A stretch of 64,000 bases of DNA. It comes from a virus. Every line of letters begins with the position of its first letter. The stretch's first letter is position 1. Below the pieces are notes generated by a model. It ran no database searches, was not told the DNA's origin, and was given only the letters and a program-made list of their open reading frames with translations. Both the position numbers and the translations under genes were made by a program. The stretch lies in the IMG/VR virus record IMGVR_UViG_3300023174_000058, positions 1 through 64,000 of that record; one strand, given 5' to 3'. Below are positions 20,763 through 30,171 of this stretch, in pieces.

Positions 20763-22343
20763 ATGCCACGGGTATTTAACAAAGACACAGAATTAAATCA
20801 AAAAATAGTTACAGGTGTTAAAAAATTAAGCGAAGCAGTTGGAACAACACTTGGGCCAAAAGGCCGGAATGTTGTTATCCATGCAAAAGGGAAAACTCCA
20901 TTTATAACTAAAGATGGTGTCACGGTAGCGGCTCATATGCATCTGGAAGACCCATTTGAAAACATTGGAGCCCAAGTCTTAAAACAAGTCTCCCAGAGAA
21001 CAGTAGAAGACTGTGGCGATGGCACCACAACAAGTACAGTGCTTGCAAGTGCAATCCTTATAAAATCACAAAAATATATTACAGCTGGTAGCAATCCAAC
21101 AGACATAAAGCGTGGCATGGAAAGAGCAGCCGAAGCAATAGTTGAAGAACTAAAGAAAGCAGCTAGACCAATTTCAACATTAAACGATGTTGAAAGTATT
21201 GCCAAAATAAGTGCAAACGGCGATAGTAAGATCGCAAAACTGATTGCTACCGCTGTAGATAAAGCTGGTATTGATGGGGCTGTTTCTATCGAAGAAGGAC
21301 GTTCTCAGGAAACAACGCTAGATATTGTTGAAGGTTTTCAATTCGATTCAGGCTACCTTTCAACTCAGTTCATTACTGATGAACGTAAAGGCTCCATGCG
21401 TTATGAAAACGCCCTTGTGCTTGTTTGTGACGGTGTAATTTCAAATATTGAAGAACTACTACCCGTTCTTGAGATTGTAGCCAGAGAAAATAAACCATTT
21501 GTTGTTGTCAGCGAAGGGGTGGAGGGTCAAGCACTAGCTGCCCTTATAACAAACGCTGTCCGTGGCACTATGCGGGTAGCTGCTATTAAAGCTCCAAGAT
21601 ATGGGCAAGAGCGTAAAAACTTACTGAACGATCTTGCCGTCTCAGTTGGTGCTACATTTATAAGCCGCGAAAACGGCATGCTTCTGCAAGAAACAAAGCG
21701 TACTGATTTAGGGTCTGTAAAAAGTGTAGAATCTTTAAAGAATTGGTCAACATTTGTTGGTGGTAAAGGCAATGCTGACGAAATCGAAAAGCGTATTGAA
21801 ACTTTAAAAGCTGAAATCTCTCAGACTGACGATCTTGAAGAGTGTAAACGTATTCAAGATCGCATCACACGTCTTGCTGCTGGCGTTGCTATTATCCGTG
21901 TTGGTGGTGTTACCGAAGTAGAAATGATAGAACGTAAACATCGTATAGAGGATGCACTTGCTGCTGTTAAAAGCGCGCAAGAAGAAGGTATTCTTCCCGG
22001 TGGCGGTATAGCATTACTTCGTGCTGCAAATGCTGTGCAATTACAAAGTGATCTTGACGATGAACAGTTTGGTATAAACGTTATCCTAGAAGCCTGTAGT
22101 GAACCTATCCGTAAAATTGCTGAAAACTGTGGAGAGAAACCAGATGTTATCATCTCTAATTTATTAGACAAAGATAAATGTCGCGGCGATTGGACAGGCT
22201 ACAATTTCCATTATGGAGAATATGTAGACATGGATGCGTCTGGAATTATTGATCCAGCTAAAGTAACCCGTTGCGCATTACAAAATGCAGTCTCCGCAGC
22301 CTCCACTTTAATGACTACAAATTATGCTATCGTAGAAGTTTAA
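20763..22343 (+). CDS. groEL: Chaperonin GroEL
   Basis: TLGPKGRN, TKDGVTVA, GDGTTT, GGGIAL, IIDPAKV. Confidence 0.96.
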   Translation: MPRVFNKDTELNQKIVTGVKKLSEAVGTTLGPKGRNVVIHAKGKTPFITKDGVTVAAHMHLEDPFENIGAQVLKQVSQRTVEDCGDGTTTSTVLASAILIKSQKYITAGSNPTDIKRGMERAAEAIVEELKKAARPISTLNDVESIAKISANGDSKIAKLIATAVDKAGIDGAVSIEEGRSQETTLDIVEGFQFDSGYLSTQFITDERKGSMRYENALVLVCDGVISNIEELLPVLEIVARENKPFVVVSEGVEGQALAALITNAVRGTMRVAAIKAPRYGQERKNLLNDLAVSVGATFISRENGMLLQETKRTDLGSVKSVESLKNWSTFVGGKGNADEIEKRIETLKAEISQTDDLEECKRIQDRITRLAAGVAIIRVGGVTEVEMIERKHRIEDALAAVKSAQEEGILPGGGIALLRAANAVQLQSDLDDEQFGINVILEACSEPIRKIAENCGEKPDVIISNLLDKDKCRGDWTGYNFHYGEYVDMDASGIIDPAKVTRCALQNAVSAASTLMTTNYAIVEV

Positions 22344-22378
22344 ATATACTAATTATAGTATGGGAAGGAGGGCCTACA

Positions 22379-22681
22379 ATGGGTCAGGATAATGAAGTAG
22401 TTAGAGAGCTGTTGACGGAATTAAAAATAAGCATTGAAAAGATGTCTGCCCGTGTAGACCAAACTTACGATAGAGTTGAAAAACTGGAATCTTCTATACA
22501 AAAAGTAGAGGGCGCAGTTTCATCTCAGGAAAGAAGATTAATTGTTTTAGAACAAAGTATCCCACAAAACCTTATTTCTGATTTAGCTTTAATGAAAGAT
22601 TCCATTGAAACTTATAAAAAAGTTGTGTGGATGGTTATAGCAGCAGTTATAGGTTCTTGGTTGAAATTGTTTATTCAATAG
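22379..22681 (+). CDS. Coiled-coil protein with C-terminal TM (XhlA/holin-like)
   Basis: Heptad N-terminus, hydrophobic C-terminus. Confidence 0.45.
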   Translation: MGQDNEVVRELLTELKISIEKMSARVDQTYDRVEKLESSIQKVEGAVSSQERRLIVLEQSIPQNLISDLALMKDSIETYKKVVWMVIAAVIGSWLKLFIQ

Positions 22682-22746
22682 TCTAATCTATGCTATACTA
22701 TCGGGGCGACGGGTTGATCCCGTCGCCTTCTTCTTTAGAGGTATCC

Positions 22747-23058
22747 ATGAACGTTAAAATATCATATACTGTACCAATGGAACGCGTGCCAAGCAAAATA
22801 GACGAACTGCTGGCTGAATCCGGTCAGCAACTTTCTGTTTTAGGTGAAAGTTTAAAGCAAATTAATTTTGACGAAAGTAGCTCTGCTGTTATAGCAAAAC
22901 TAGAAAAAATTGATAAAGCACGTAAACAGTTGATGTCTATTGACTTGTTGTTCGAAGACTGCTATACTATTCTTGCTAGTTACAATAAAGCACTAGCTGA
23001 TATGAAAATGCCGTCAAGCACAAAACAGGAGACACAACATGATGGAATGGCCGAGTAA
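22747..23058 (+). CDS. Hypothetical protein
   Basis: GAGGT RBS. Confidence 0.5.
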   Translation: MNVKISYTVPMERVPSKIDELLAESGQQLSVLGESLKQINFDESSSAVIAKLEKIDKARKQLMSIDLLFEDCYTILASYNKALADMKMPSSTKQETQHDGMAE

Positions 23059-23281
23059 GGGAGATCCGGTATTCATCCCACAGAAGGTTCAGGTAGTTAG
23101 GTTTAACGAAGCAAATCATCCAGTAGAAGGTAAAATGTTCGATAAACCAACTTTTGCTACTGTATACGAAAACAATGGCTCTTATTGTGAAGTGCTAATT
23201 GGAAATCAAATTTGGTCTGTTCGTACTGAACAGCTTAACAAAGGGGAAGCATATGCTAGTAAGATTGACAGAAGTATTTGA
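23039..23281 (+). CDS. Hypothetical small beta protein
   Basis: PSKGDPVFIP start. Confidence 0.45.
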   Translation: MMEWPSKGDPVFIPQKVQVVRFNEANHPVEGKMFDKPTFATVYENNGSYCEVLIGNQIWSVRTEQLNKGEAYASKIDRSI

Positions 23282-23528
23282 AATAACCTCACAAAGCAAA
23301 TATAGTGTTAGAGAAGTTTCTGTAAATCCAGAGCACGTTGTTGCGCTAAGGCATGACCCAGTAGCCAAGTCTGCCCTTTTTGAAGGTCGCATGCCTGATG
23401 GATTATCTGGGGAAGCAGACTTTACAAGAATCTATTTAAATACAGGGAACTTAAATATCGTTGTAGTTGGAACGCCAGCTATGATTGAAGAGAAGCTAAA
23501 AACTAACAGGAGAGTTCTCAAGGGCTAG
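23253..23528 (+). CDS. FlbD-like small protein
   Basis: MLVRLT...VNPEHV...TRIYL..G..IVV.GTP..IEEKL pattern. Confidence 0.45.
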   Translation: MLVRLTEVFEITSQSKYSVREVSVNPEHVVALRHDPVAKSALFEGRMPDGLSGEADFTRIYLNTGNLNIVVVGTPAMIEEKLKTNRRVLKG

Positions 23529-23529
23529 G

Positions 23530-23922
23530 ATGAGTGACGATAACAACGATGAATTAGCTCAATATTATACAATAAACTTTGAGAAATTCATAGAAATGAT
23601 AAAGCGTGTTGAAGCTTTACATTATATTTTAACAGATCTTTTACAGGATCATGTTGTTTACACACCACCAGACAACTGGGACAGCTCTCCCATCTCTGAT
23701 TTATGTGGATTTTTTGCTGCCACCAATGAGCTTAAAGTTTATTTAGATGATATTATAAATAATCCAACGGAAGAAGAAATAGAAATAAGCACGAAATATA
23801 ACATTACAGATGTATTGATATCATTAAGCGATCTTAACGCCGTAAATATTTTATTTGGAGCGCTTGAAGAATACGGGGAAAGATTACAGTACAACCATAA
23901 AATAATAACAACGTTGCAATAG
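23530..23922 (+). CDS. Hypothetical acidic protein
   Basis: ORF. Confidence 0.5.
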   Translation: MSDDNNDELAQYYTINFEKFIEMIKRVEALHYILTDLLQDHVVYTPPDNWDSSPISDLCGFFAATNELKVYLDDIINNPTEEEIEISTKYNITDVLISLSDLNAVNILFGALEEYGERLQYNHKIITTLQ

Positions 23923-23995
23923 CCTCTTGACATTCTAATAGTAATAACTATACTAGTATCCATAAAGCGGTGAACCCGCAAAAGGAGAAAATAAA

Positions 23996-24361
23996 ATGTC
24001 AAACACAACCCCATACCATCTAGATCGAGTAATTGATAGCCTGTTCTTTCCGTATACAACTATTAGTACGGCAAAGACTCGTTACACCCAAACTGTAACA
24101 GATACTGCTTATATTGTTGAGGCTCCAATGATAGGTGTAACTAAAAATGATCTTGTTGTAAATGTAGTAGATAACAATCTTGTTGTTACCGCTACTCCAA
24201 GCAGTAAGAGCCGTTGGAGTTCTGAGTTTAAACAAACTTGGATTCTAAATGATGACGCTGACGTAAATGCTATCAACGCTCGTCTTGAGAATGGCCTACT
24301 AACTCTAACCATCCCAAGAGTTAAACCGTCAAAACGTACAGTAAATGTTACAATCCAATAA
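23996..24361 (+). CDS. Small heat-shock protein (Hsp20)
   Basis: INARLENGLLTLTIP alpha-crystallin motif; TTGACA-17-TATACT promoter at ~23927. Confidence 0.9.
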   Translation: MSNTTPYHLDRVIDSLFFPYTTISTAKTRYTQTVTDTAYIVEAPMIGVTKNDLVVNVVDNNLVVTATPSSKSRWSSEFKQTWILNDDADVNAINARLENGLLTLTIPRVKPSKRTVNVTIQ

Positions 24362-24386
24362 ATAAATAACTTATTTATTAATAGAG

Positions 24387-24411
24387 AGGGCGGCTAAAAA
24401 CCGCCCTTTTC
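24387..24411 (+). terminator. Intrinsic terminator
   Basis: agggcgg-ctaaaaa-ccgccct-ttt. Confidence 0.75.
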
Positions 24412-24435
24412 TATTATTTATAACTATTTATTTTT

Positions 24436-25143
24436 ATGAAATTAGTTATAAAACAAAAACAACCAAAACCACAAATTCAATCAGTTGGTGCTCCTCCACA
24501 ATCGGCAATCGGTGGTCCAATCTCAGGCGCAGGTTATATGACAAGAAACACTGCTGGACTTGAGGATGAACAACAAGCAGAAGAGATGTTACAAGAATGT
24601 GGATGTCCTTGCGAGATGTGTTCATCCGGCGAGCACCATCAAGATTATGATCTAGAATTCCACGACCATGATGATGATCTAGAAACTTTTTCAGACGATG
24701 AACCAATAGAAATTATGTCTTCAGGTGACTCTAGGATCACATTAATAATAACCGAAAAAAAGAAAAAAAAGAAGAAAAAGAAAGGCGGTAGATGTGTAAG
24801 AATAGCCAAGCGAAAATATCACAAATGGCCTTCTGCATATGCTTCTGGAGCTGTTGTCAAATGTCGCCAAGGTAAGATCTGGAAAGGTTTAAAAGAAGCA
24901 ATTGAAGATATATTAGACGAAGAAGTATTAGAAGAAGATTTACGTAAATGGTTTAAAACAGGTGGCTGGGTTAATTGCCGAACAGGCGGTCCATGCGGTA
25001 GAGAAAAGGCCGGTAGAGGCGCTAGACAAAAATACCCAGCCTGTAGACCAACGATGGCTCAATGTAAACCGGGAGCAGTTAAACGTAAAAAGAGCGAAAA
25101 ACGCATTTCTTGGAAAGATCAACGTAAGAAGAAGGAAGAATAA
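24436..25143 (+). CDS. Phage protein, basic C-terminal domain, probable head-internal
   Basis: WPSAYASG, EEDLRKWF..GGWVNC, KYPACRP motifs that I recall from large myophage proteins. Confidence 0.6.
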   Translation: MKLVIKQKQPKPQIQSVGAPPQSAIGGPISGAGYMTRNTAGLEDEQQAEEMLQECGCPCEMCSSGEHHQDYDLEFHDHDDDLETFSDDEPIEIMSSGDSRITLIITEKKKKKKKKKGGRCVRIAKRKYHKWPSAYASGAVVKCRQGKIWKGLKEAIEDILDEEVLEEDLRKWFKTGGWVNCRTGGPCGREKAGRGARQKYPACRPTMAQCKPGAVKRKKSEKRISWKDQRKKKEE

Positions 25144-25144
25144 A

Positions 25145-25537
25145 ATGCATAAATTAGTCATTAAAGAAATGAAAGATCTAGCCATCGAAGAATTAATGGA
25201 AGAATTAGATACCGCCTCTTTAGAGAACAACTACCCAGCTTGCGAAGCATGCTTGCTTGAGCATCTAGAATCACTACAGGAAGGTGTCATTGAGGAAGCC
25301 GAATATCGTGGTCGTAAAGTTACACTTGGCAAACCAATGCGCGGCGATGTAAAGAAGTTTAAAGTGTTTATTAAGGATCCAAAAACAGGTAATGTTAAAA
25401 AAGTAAACTTTGGCGATAAAAAGATGCGTATTAAGAAAAGCAATCCAAAGCGCCGTAAGAGTTTCCGCGCACGTCATAATTGCGCAAATCCCGGTCCTCG
25501 CACAAAAGCACGCTACTGGTCGTGTAGAAAATGGTAA
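25145..25537 (+). CDS. Phage protein, probable head-internal
   Basis: AEYRGRKVTL, KKVNFGD, KSFRARHNC, ARYWSC motifs. Confidence 0.6.
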   Translation: MHKLVIKEMKDLAIEELMEELDTASLENNYPACEACLLEHLESLQEGVIEEAEYRGRKVTLGKPMRGDVKKFKVFIKDPKTGNVKKVNFGDKKMRIKKSNPKRRKSFRARHNCANPGPRTKARYWSCRKW

Positions 25538-25800
25538 TGTATAAATTATTGGTAATAGAAAATAAAACACTTACACAAAACGATAAAGAAACATTAAAGC
25601 GTATTGCTGATAAACATGTTGGCTACATGGAAATAAGCGAAGAGTCTAAAGGTTTTGCTTGTGGCTCATGCCGTAGTCTTAACGAAGAAGGATTTTGTGA
25701 GAATCCAGAAGTAAAAGCTTACGTGTCTGCAAAACATGGTTGCTGTAATTATTTTTATCCAAAAGCGGCAAAGGTTGTATTTCCAACAAAGGAAAAATAA
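25537..25800 (+). CDS. Cys-rich small protein (HiPIP-like spacing)
   Basis: CxxC...C...GCC. Confidence 0.45.
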   Translation: MYKLLVIENKTLTQNDKETLKRIADKHVGYMEISEESKGFACGSCRSLNEEGFCENPEVKAYVSAKHGCCNYFYPKAAKVVFPTKEK

Positions 25801-26145
25801 ATGCACAGACTTTATATATACGATAAAAAAGAACTCGAAATGGGTATAAAGAAAGAAATGGAAGAGCATGGTATGTCTGAACAAGAAGCAACAAAGACAG
25901 CCAAAGACCATTTAAAAGAAAACCCAAAGTATTATAGTATAGCTTCTAACGTGGGTTTAGAAGACGAAAGCGCTCTTGAGGAATCATTAGCTGCACTAAA
26001 TGGTATTCCAACCGGCAAGAATTGGCCTTTTACAAAACCATCCGGTAGACTAAAAGGAATAGAAAGAAAGATTAAAAAAGCTCGCAAACAAGGATCAGCT
26101 GGTTATGCTGTTGGCCCCGGTGGATTACCTTTCGGTCCCAGATAA
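25801..26145 (+). CDS. Phage protein with MGI..EMEEH...AKDHL.ENP.YY motif
   Basis: Motif I recall from viral DUF5661-like proteins. Confidence 0.55.
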   Translation: MHRLYIYDKKELEMGIKKEMEEHGMSEQEATKTAKDHLKENPKYYSIASNVGLEDESALEESLAALNGIPTGKNWPFTKPSGRLKGIERKIKKARKQGSAGYAVGPGGLPFGPR

Positions 26146-26196
26146 ATTATAGGTACAACAATCTAACAGTTACTATTTATGTTACGAGGAATTAAT

Positions 26197-26661
26197 ATGA
26201 AAATTAGCAAAGATCGTTTAAAACAAATCATTAAAGAAGAATTAGCCGTTGGCGTAGCCGGTGAACCGCCAAAGCATGAATTACCACGCGGCGGCGAACA
26301 TGATGAAATGAGCGGTGGCGCTTATCCACGCGACCAACATGGCTATGAAGGCGAAATGGCAAAAACTAATCTTTGGAAGATCGCTGAATATGCCCAAGAA
26401 ATGCACGATCTTATCCATGACGATGAAGATTTAGAGCCTTGGGTTGAAGAAAAAATTGCCGTTGCTGCTTACATGATGGACCAAATCGGTCATCACCTAC
26501 AATACAAGAAACATCGTGGGCACGAAGAAGCCGAAGGCGAACCCGGACACGTTGATTTTCCCGGTGAAGAACATGGCGAAGAAGATGAAGAATATGAATT
26601 AGTCCTTGGCGATGAAATGGAAGACGGCATGGACGAAGAAAGCATGTGCGAAGACTGCTAA
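26197..26661 (+). CDS. Probable head-internal protein
   Basis: MKISKDRLKQIIKEE leader; EGEMAK..L...LEPWVEEKI. Confidence 0.6.
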   Translation: MKISKDRLKQIIKEELAVGVAGEPPKHELPRGGEHDEMSGGAYPRDQHGYEGEMAKTNLWKIAEYAQEMHDLIHDDEDLEPWVEEKIAVAAYMMDQIGHHLQYKKHRGHEEAEGEPGHVDFPGEEHGEEDEEYELVLGDEMEDGMDEESMCEDC

Positions 26662-26677
26662 TACAGGAATTTAAATA

Positions 26678-28462
26678 ATGTCTAATTCGATTAAGCAAAG
26701 TAAATTATTATTAGAAGGTTGGCGTAAATTCCTAGTTAAGGAAGCTGAACAACCCATCGCAGAAAGTGGTGGTAATGTCGTCCGCGTTTTTGATTTTGAT
26801 GGCACGTTAGTCACTCCAAAAACACAAACTAAATATAGCCATTTGCTTGGAAATCTTTTTTATGTTCCATTTTTAAATTCTGCAAAATATGATGAAGTTA
26901 TGAATGATTTAAAAGAGGTTGCTAAAAACTCCGCTAATCATAATACTGAAATTGAAAATTTGATGAACCCATCTAGAGATTATATCGTCACTGCTATGAG
27001 TTCAATTGGTGTAGATAAGCCAATCACAAAATATTTATTATTTCAATTAGCCAAAAACGATCCATTGTTTTTAGATTTTGCTAGAAGAGTGGCGGGTATT
27101 AATGTAGAAACTTCTTATGCGACACCAGCATCCAACGCTGAAGATGGGCCAGATATTGAACCTGATATTTTGTCAGAAGACGCAATAACTCAAGAAGAAA
27201 TTCAAAGTTTAAGACAAGTTATATCGTCAGACCCAGAAATAACAAGTGCGAAAGATGCTTATAGAATTAATACAACTCCACAAGTTGTTAGAAAAATTAT
27301 TACCAAATTAGGTAAAGGATTTGATGTTGGTAAAAAAGTTTCTATGAAAGACTTAGAAGATGTTAAAAGAGAAATTGTTTCTGCTGCTTATCCAAAAATG
27401 AGCAACGATCACATAAAAGTCTCTCTTAATATTGCCATGCTACCGGAAGATCCAGAACAAAGCGGTATTGTTAAAGGCTCATCTGGTAAATTTAAAGCAG
27501 CAAAAGAAATTGCAGATGCACACCCTTCGGCAAAGTTTGAAGTCTATGACAACAACGTAACTTCATTATCTCAAGTTCGCATGGGTTTACAAGGTAAAAC
27601 AAAAGATCAAGCCGAAATGGAAGCTACAAAAGAATCGGATGAAAAATTCGATGAAAAGACTCCATTAAGTGTATTAGAAAATAAAATTATTATTATAAAA
27701 AATAGTTTAGCTTTTTCTAAAAAAACAGATTTTAAATTAGTACAAGGCAGCAAAATTTTTGATTATAACAACGGCCCATTCAGCCTTGGAAAAAAACAAC
27801 CAAGCAGTGATCCAAAAATGGTTGGCTATGGTGGTGGCTACAGAAGCTTACGTAAGCTTGCATCAATTTATATAAGAAAAAGATTCCTACCAACTACGGA
27901 AAGCGGTAAAGGTCGCACCTCTGCTGACATTATCCAGCAATTTAAAAAGTTTAGAGCATATTGCGATGAAAACGGTTACAAGGATCTAATGGATTGTATT
28001 ACATTCCAAGGCGATGGTTATGCTATGATATATAAATTCTTTGAACCAGCGACACAGGGGATCCAACCAACTTTTGAATTAAATAAAATTGTCGCAGAAC
28101 AGCTTGTAAAACTTTATGAAAACGCTGAACCAATTGCATCGCAATTTAAAGTTCAAGCTGGAAAAGAGACACAGCCAGTAGCCGCTCAATCACAACAAAC
28201 CAGACCAGCTACATCTCCAGAAACAGAAGAATCTGAAGAGGATATTAGAGCTGCTGACACAGAAGCTATGATTAGAGATTGGGCGATGGAAGACATGGAT
28301 TTGGATTGGAATAGCATGAACGAAAAACAAAAAGAAAAATATCGTGCAGAGTATAAGAAGTCTAAAGAAAAAGAATTACGCGAAACAATCCTACAAGAAC
28401 TAAAACCTTTACTCAATCAATTAAATGGTGTACTATCTAACAAAAAGCTAACAAAGAGATAA
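26678..28462 (+). CDS. Large protein with HAD-like motifs, probable virion protein
   Basis: LLEGWRKFL leader, VFDFDGTL motif I, YDNN motif IV-like. Confidence 0.5.
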   Translation: MSNSIKQSKLLLEGWRKFLVKEAEQPIAESGGNVVRVFDFDGTLVTPKTQTKYSHLLGNLFYVPFLNSAKYDEVMNDLKEVAKNSANHNTEIENLMNPSRDYIVTAMSSIGVDKPITKYLLFQLAKNDPLFLDFARRVAGINVETSYATPASNAEDGPDIEPDILSEDAITQEEIQSLRQVISSDPEITSAKDAYRINTTPQVVRKIITKLGKGFDVGKKVSMKDLEDVKREIVSAAYPKMSNDHIKVSLNIAMLPEDPEQSGIVKGSSGKFKAAKEIADAHPSAKFEVYDNNVTSLSQVRMGLQGKTKDQAEMEATKESDEKFDEKTPLSVLENKIIIIKNSLAFSKKTDFKLVQGSKIFDYNNGPFSLGKKQPSSDPKMVGYGGGYRSLRKLASIYIRKRFLPTTESGKGRTSADIIQQFKKFRAYCDENGYKDLMDCITFQGDGYAMIYKFFEPATQGIQPTFELNKIVAEQLVKLYENAEPIASQFKVQAGKETQPVAAQSQQTRPATSPETEESEEDIRAADTEAMIRDWAMEDMDLDWNSMNEKQKEKYRAEYKKSKEKELRETILQELKPLLNQLNGVLSNKKLTKR

Positions 28463-28469
28463 AATAGAC

Positions 28470-28739
28470 ATGTGCAGTATTTGTAGAAAATTTAAAAAAG
28501 GATCCCTAACAGTTGATGAAGCTCGTGAAGAGCTACAAGAGCAAGCTGAATATCTCTCAGAGGAACATATTGAAGAGATAGAGGAAATGCTCTTTGAGGC
28601 AGAGGATACTTATGATTATATTCGTGAGCATAAAGCCTCGTTGATCGGGGAAGACACTAATTACGATGACACTGGATTATTAGGCGAAACCGAATATCCT
28701 GATTTTGATGATACATATAACAACGAAGAGGATGAATAA
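28470..28739 (+). CDS. Acidic hypothetical protein
   Basis: ORF. Confidence 0.5.
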   Translation: MCSICRKFKKGSLTVDEAREELQEQAEYLSEEHIEEIEEMLFEAEDTYDYIREHKASLIGEDTNYDDTGLLGETEYPDFDDTYNNEEDE

Positions 28740-29087
28740 ATGAAGATTTCAAAAACACAATTAAAGCAGATTATCAAGGAAGAGCACAGCAGATTAGTAA
28801 ATGAAATAAGCGCAGGATCAGACAATATTCCTAAAAAAATAACACATAGCGATCCTGCATCTGTAGGTGGCTCTGGGCAGTCTGGGCATATGATGGTGGA
28901 CGCAACACCAGAAATGAAAGTTAAAAGTATAAGAAAAAAAGCAGACGAAGTATTTAAAAAATTTACTTCTGGGCAAGGATTAGACGAAAGCGATAAAGAA
29001 GTATTGGGTAGATCTGCTGGCCTTACCGATAAGCAATTAATGTCTGATGATGAAGTTCTTGAAAAACTTTATTCATTAAGCAAATAA
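28740..29087 (+). CDS. Probable head-internal protein
   Basis: MKISKTQLKQIIKEE leader. Confidence 0.55.
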   Translation: MKISKTQLKQIIKEEHSRLVNEISAGSDNIPKKITHSDPASVGGSGQSGHMMVDATPEMKVKSIRKKADEVFKKFTSGQGLDESDKEVLGRSAGLTDKQLMSDDEVLEKLYSLSK

Positions 29088-29158
29088 TCTTTCTTCTTTA
29101 CTTCTACAATCAGCCACGGTACAATGCGTACCGTGGTTTTTTGTTTCTAGGAGGGAAC

Positions 29159-30169
29159 ATGGCTATTGCGTTTGCTGATGTGACGGTGGATTTACAATTT
29201 GGAGACTCAGGAAAAGGAAAAATTGCTAGTGCTTTATGCGCCTCTGGCGAATACACACACGTAGTTAGGTATGGCGGGGGCAACAACGCCGGTCATACTA
29301 TTTATCATAACGGGAAGAAATACGTCACTCACTCGATCCCATGTGGCGTCATCCACGGTGTTAAAAGTATTATTGGTCCCGGCTGCGTTGTAAACGTAGA
29401 ACATTTTTTTAATGAAGTAAAGGAACTAGAAGATGGTGGTATCAAGTGTAAGGGCATGGTTTTTATTGCACGAAATGCTCATGTCATCACCGACGAACAT
29501 CTTGTGGAGGATCGACAAGATAAGTCTATCGGGACAACAAAGCGCGGCAACGGCCCAGCCTATCGCGACAAGTACAGCCGCAAGGGCGTACGAGCGGAAC
29601 AAGTAGCGGAACTACAACCTTATCTTATTGATTTACACGAAGAATTCTTTGGAACTGAAAACAATAAACTATGTAGAATTCTTTTTGAGGGAGCTCAAGG
29701 ATTCGGTCTTGACATTGATTGGGGCGATTATCCATATGTAACAAGCAGTCATTGCACTGTTGGTGGCGCTGTGCTAAACGGAGTCGCACCTAGATACATT
29801 CGTAATGTTTGGGGCGTTGCTAAAATTTACGAAACCTATGTAGGCGCAAAACAATTTGAACCCAACGATCCTATCTTTCCTAAAATTAGGGAACTGGGCG
29901 TGGAGTATGGTGCAACAACCGGTCGCCCAAGACAATGCAATTGGCTGAACATGAAAGAACTTGTTAAGGCTATTGAAATCAATGGAGTAAACAAGATTAT
30001 TTTTAATAAAGTTGATATTCTAAAGGAAGCTGGACAGTGGAAGTTATACGGGCTAGATGGGAATATCATGGAATTTGATGACGAAAATTCAATGAAAAGA
30101 TATATTTATAACACACTTCCACATTATGTTGGAGAAATAAAGTTTAGCGACAATCCGCATGGATTTTAA
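29159..30169 (+). CDS. purA: Adenylosuccinate synthetase (short form)
   Basis: QFGDSGKG with catalytic Asp, NAGHT, EGAQG, YPYVTSS, TTGRPR, NKVD. Confidence 0.9.
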   Translation: MAIAFADVTVDLQFGDSGKGKIASALCASGEYTHVVRYGGGNNAGHTIYHNGKKYVTHSIPCGVIHGVKSIIGPGCVVNVEHFFNEVKELEDGGIKCKGMVFIARNAHVITDEHLVEDRQDKSIGTTKRGNGPAYRDKYSRKGVRAEQVAELQPYLIDLHEEFFGTENNKLCRILFEGAQGFGLDIDWGDYPYVTSSHCTVGGAVLNGVAPRYIRNVWGVAKIYETYVGAKQFEPNDPIFPKIRELGVEYGATTGRPRQCNWLNMKELVKAIEINGVNKIIFNKVDILKEAGQWKLYGLDGNIMEFDDENSMKRYIYNTLPHYVGEIKFSDNPHGF

Positions 30170-30171
30170 AA

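Noticed and set aside
24755-24784. Poly-A/lysine run as a frameshift site
   Set aside because: The ORF continues in frame into conserved motifs.
29159-30169. PurZ / 2-aminoadenine (Z) genome
   Set aside because: The catalytic Asp (GDSGKG) and GTP-type NKVD motif are PurA-like; PurZ has Ser at that position. No datZ/mazZ is seen nearby.
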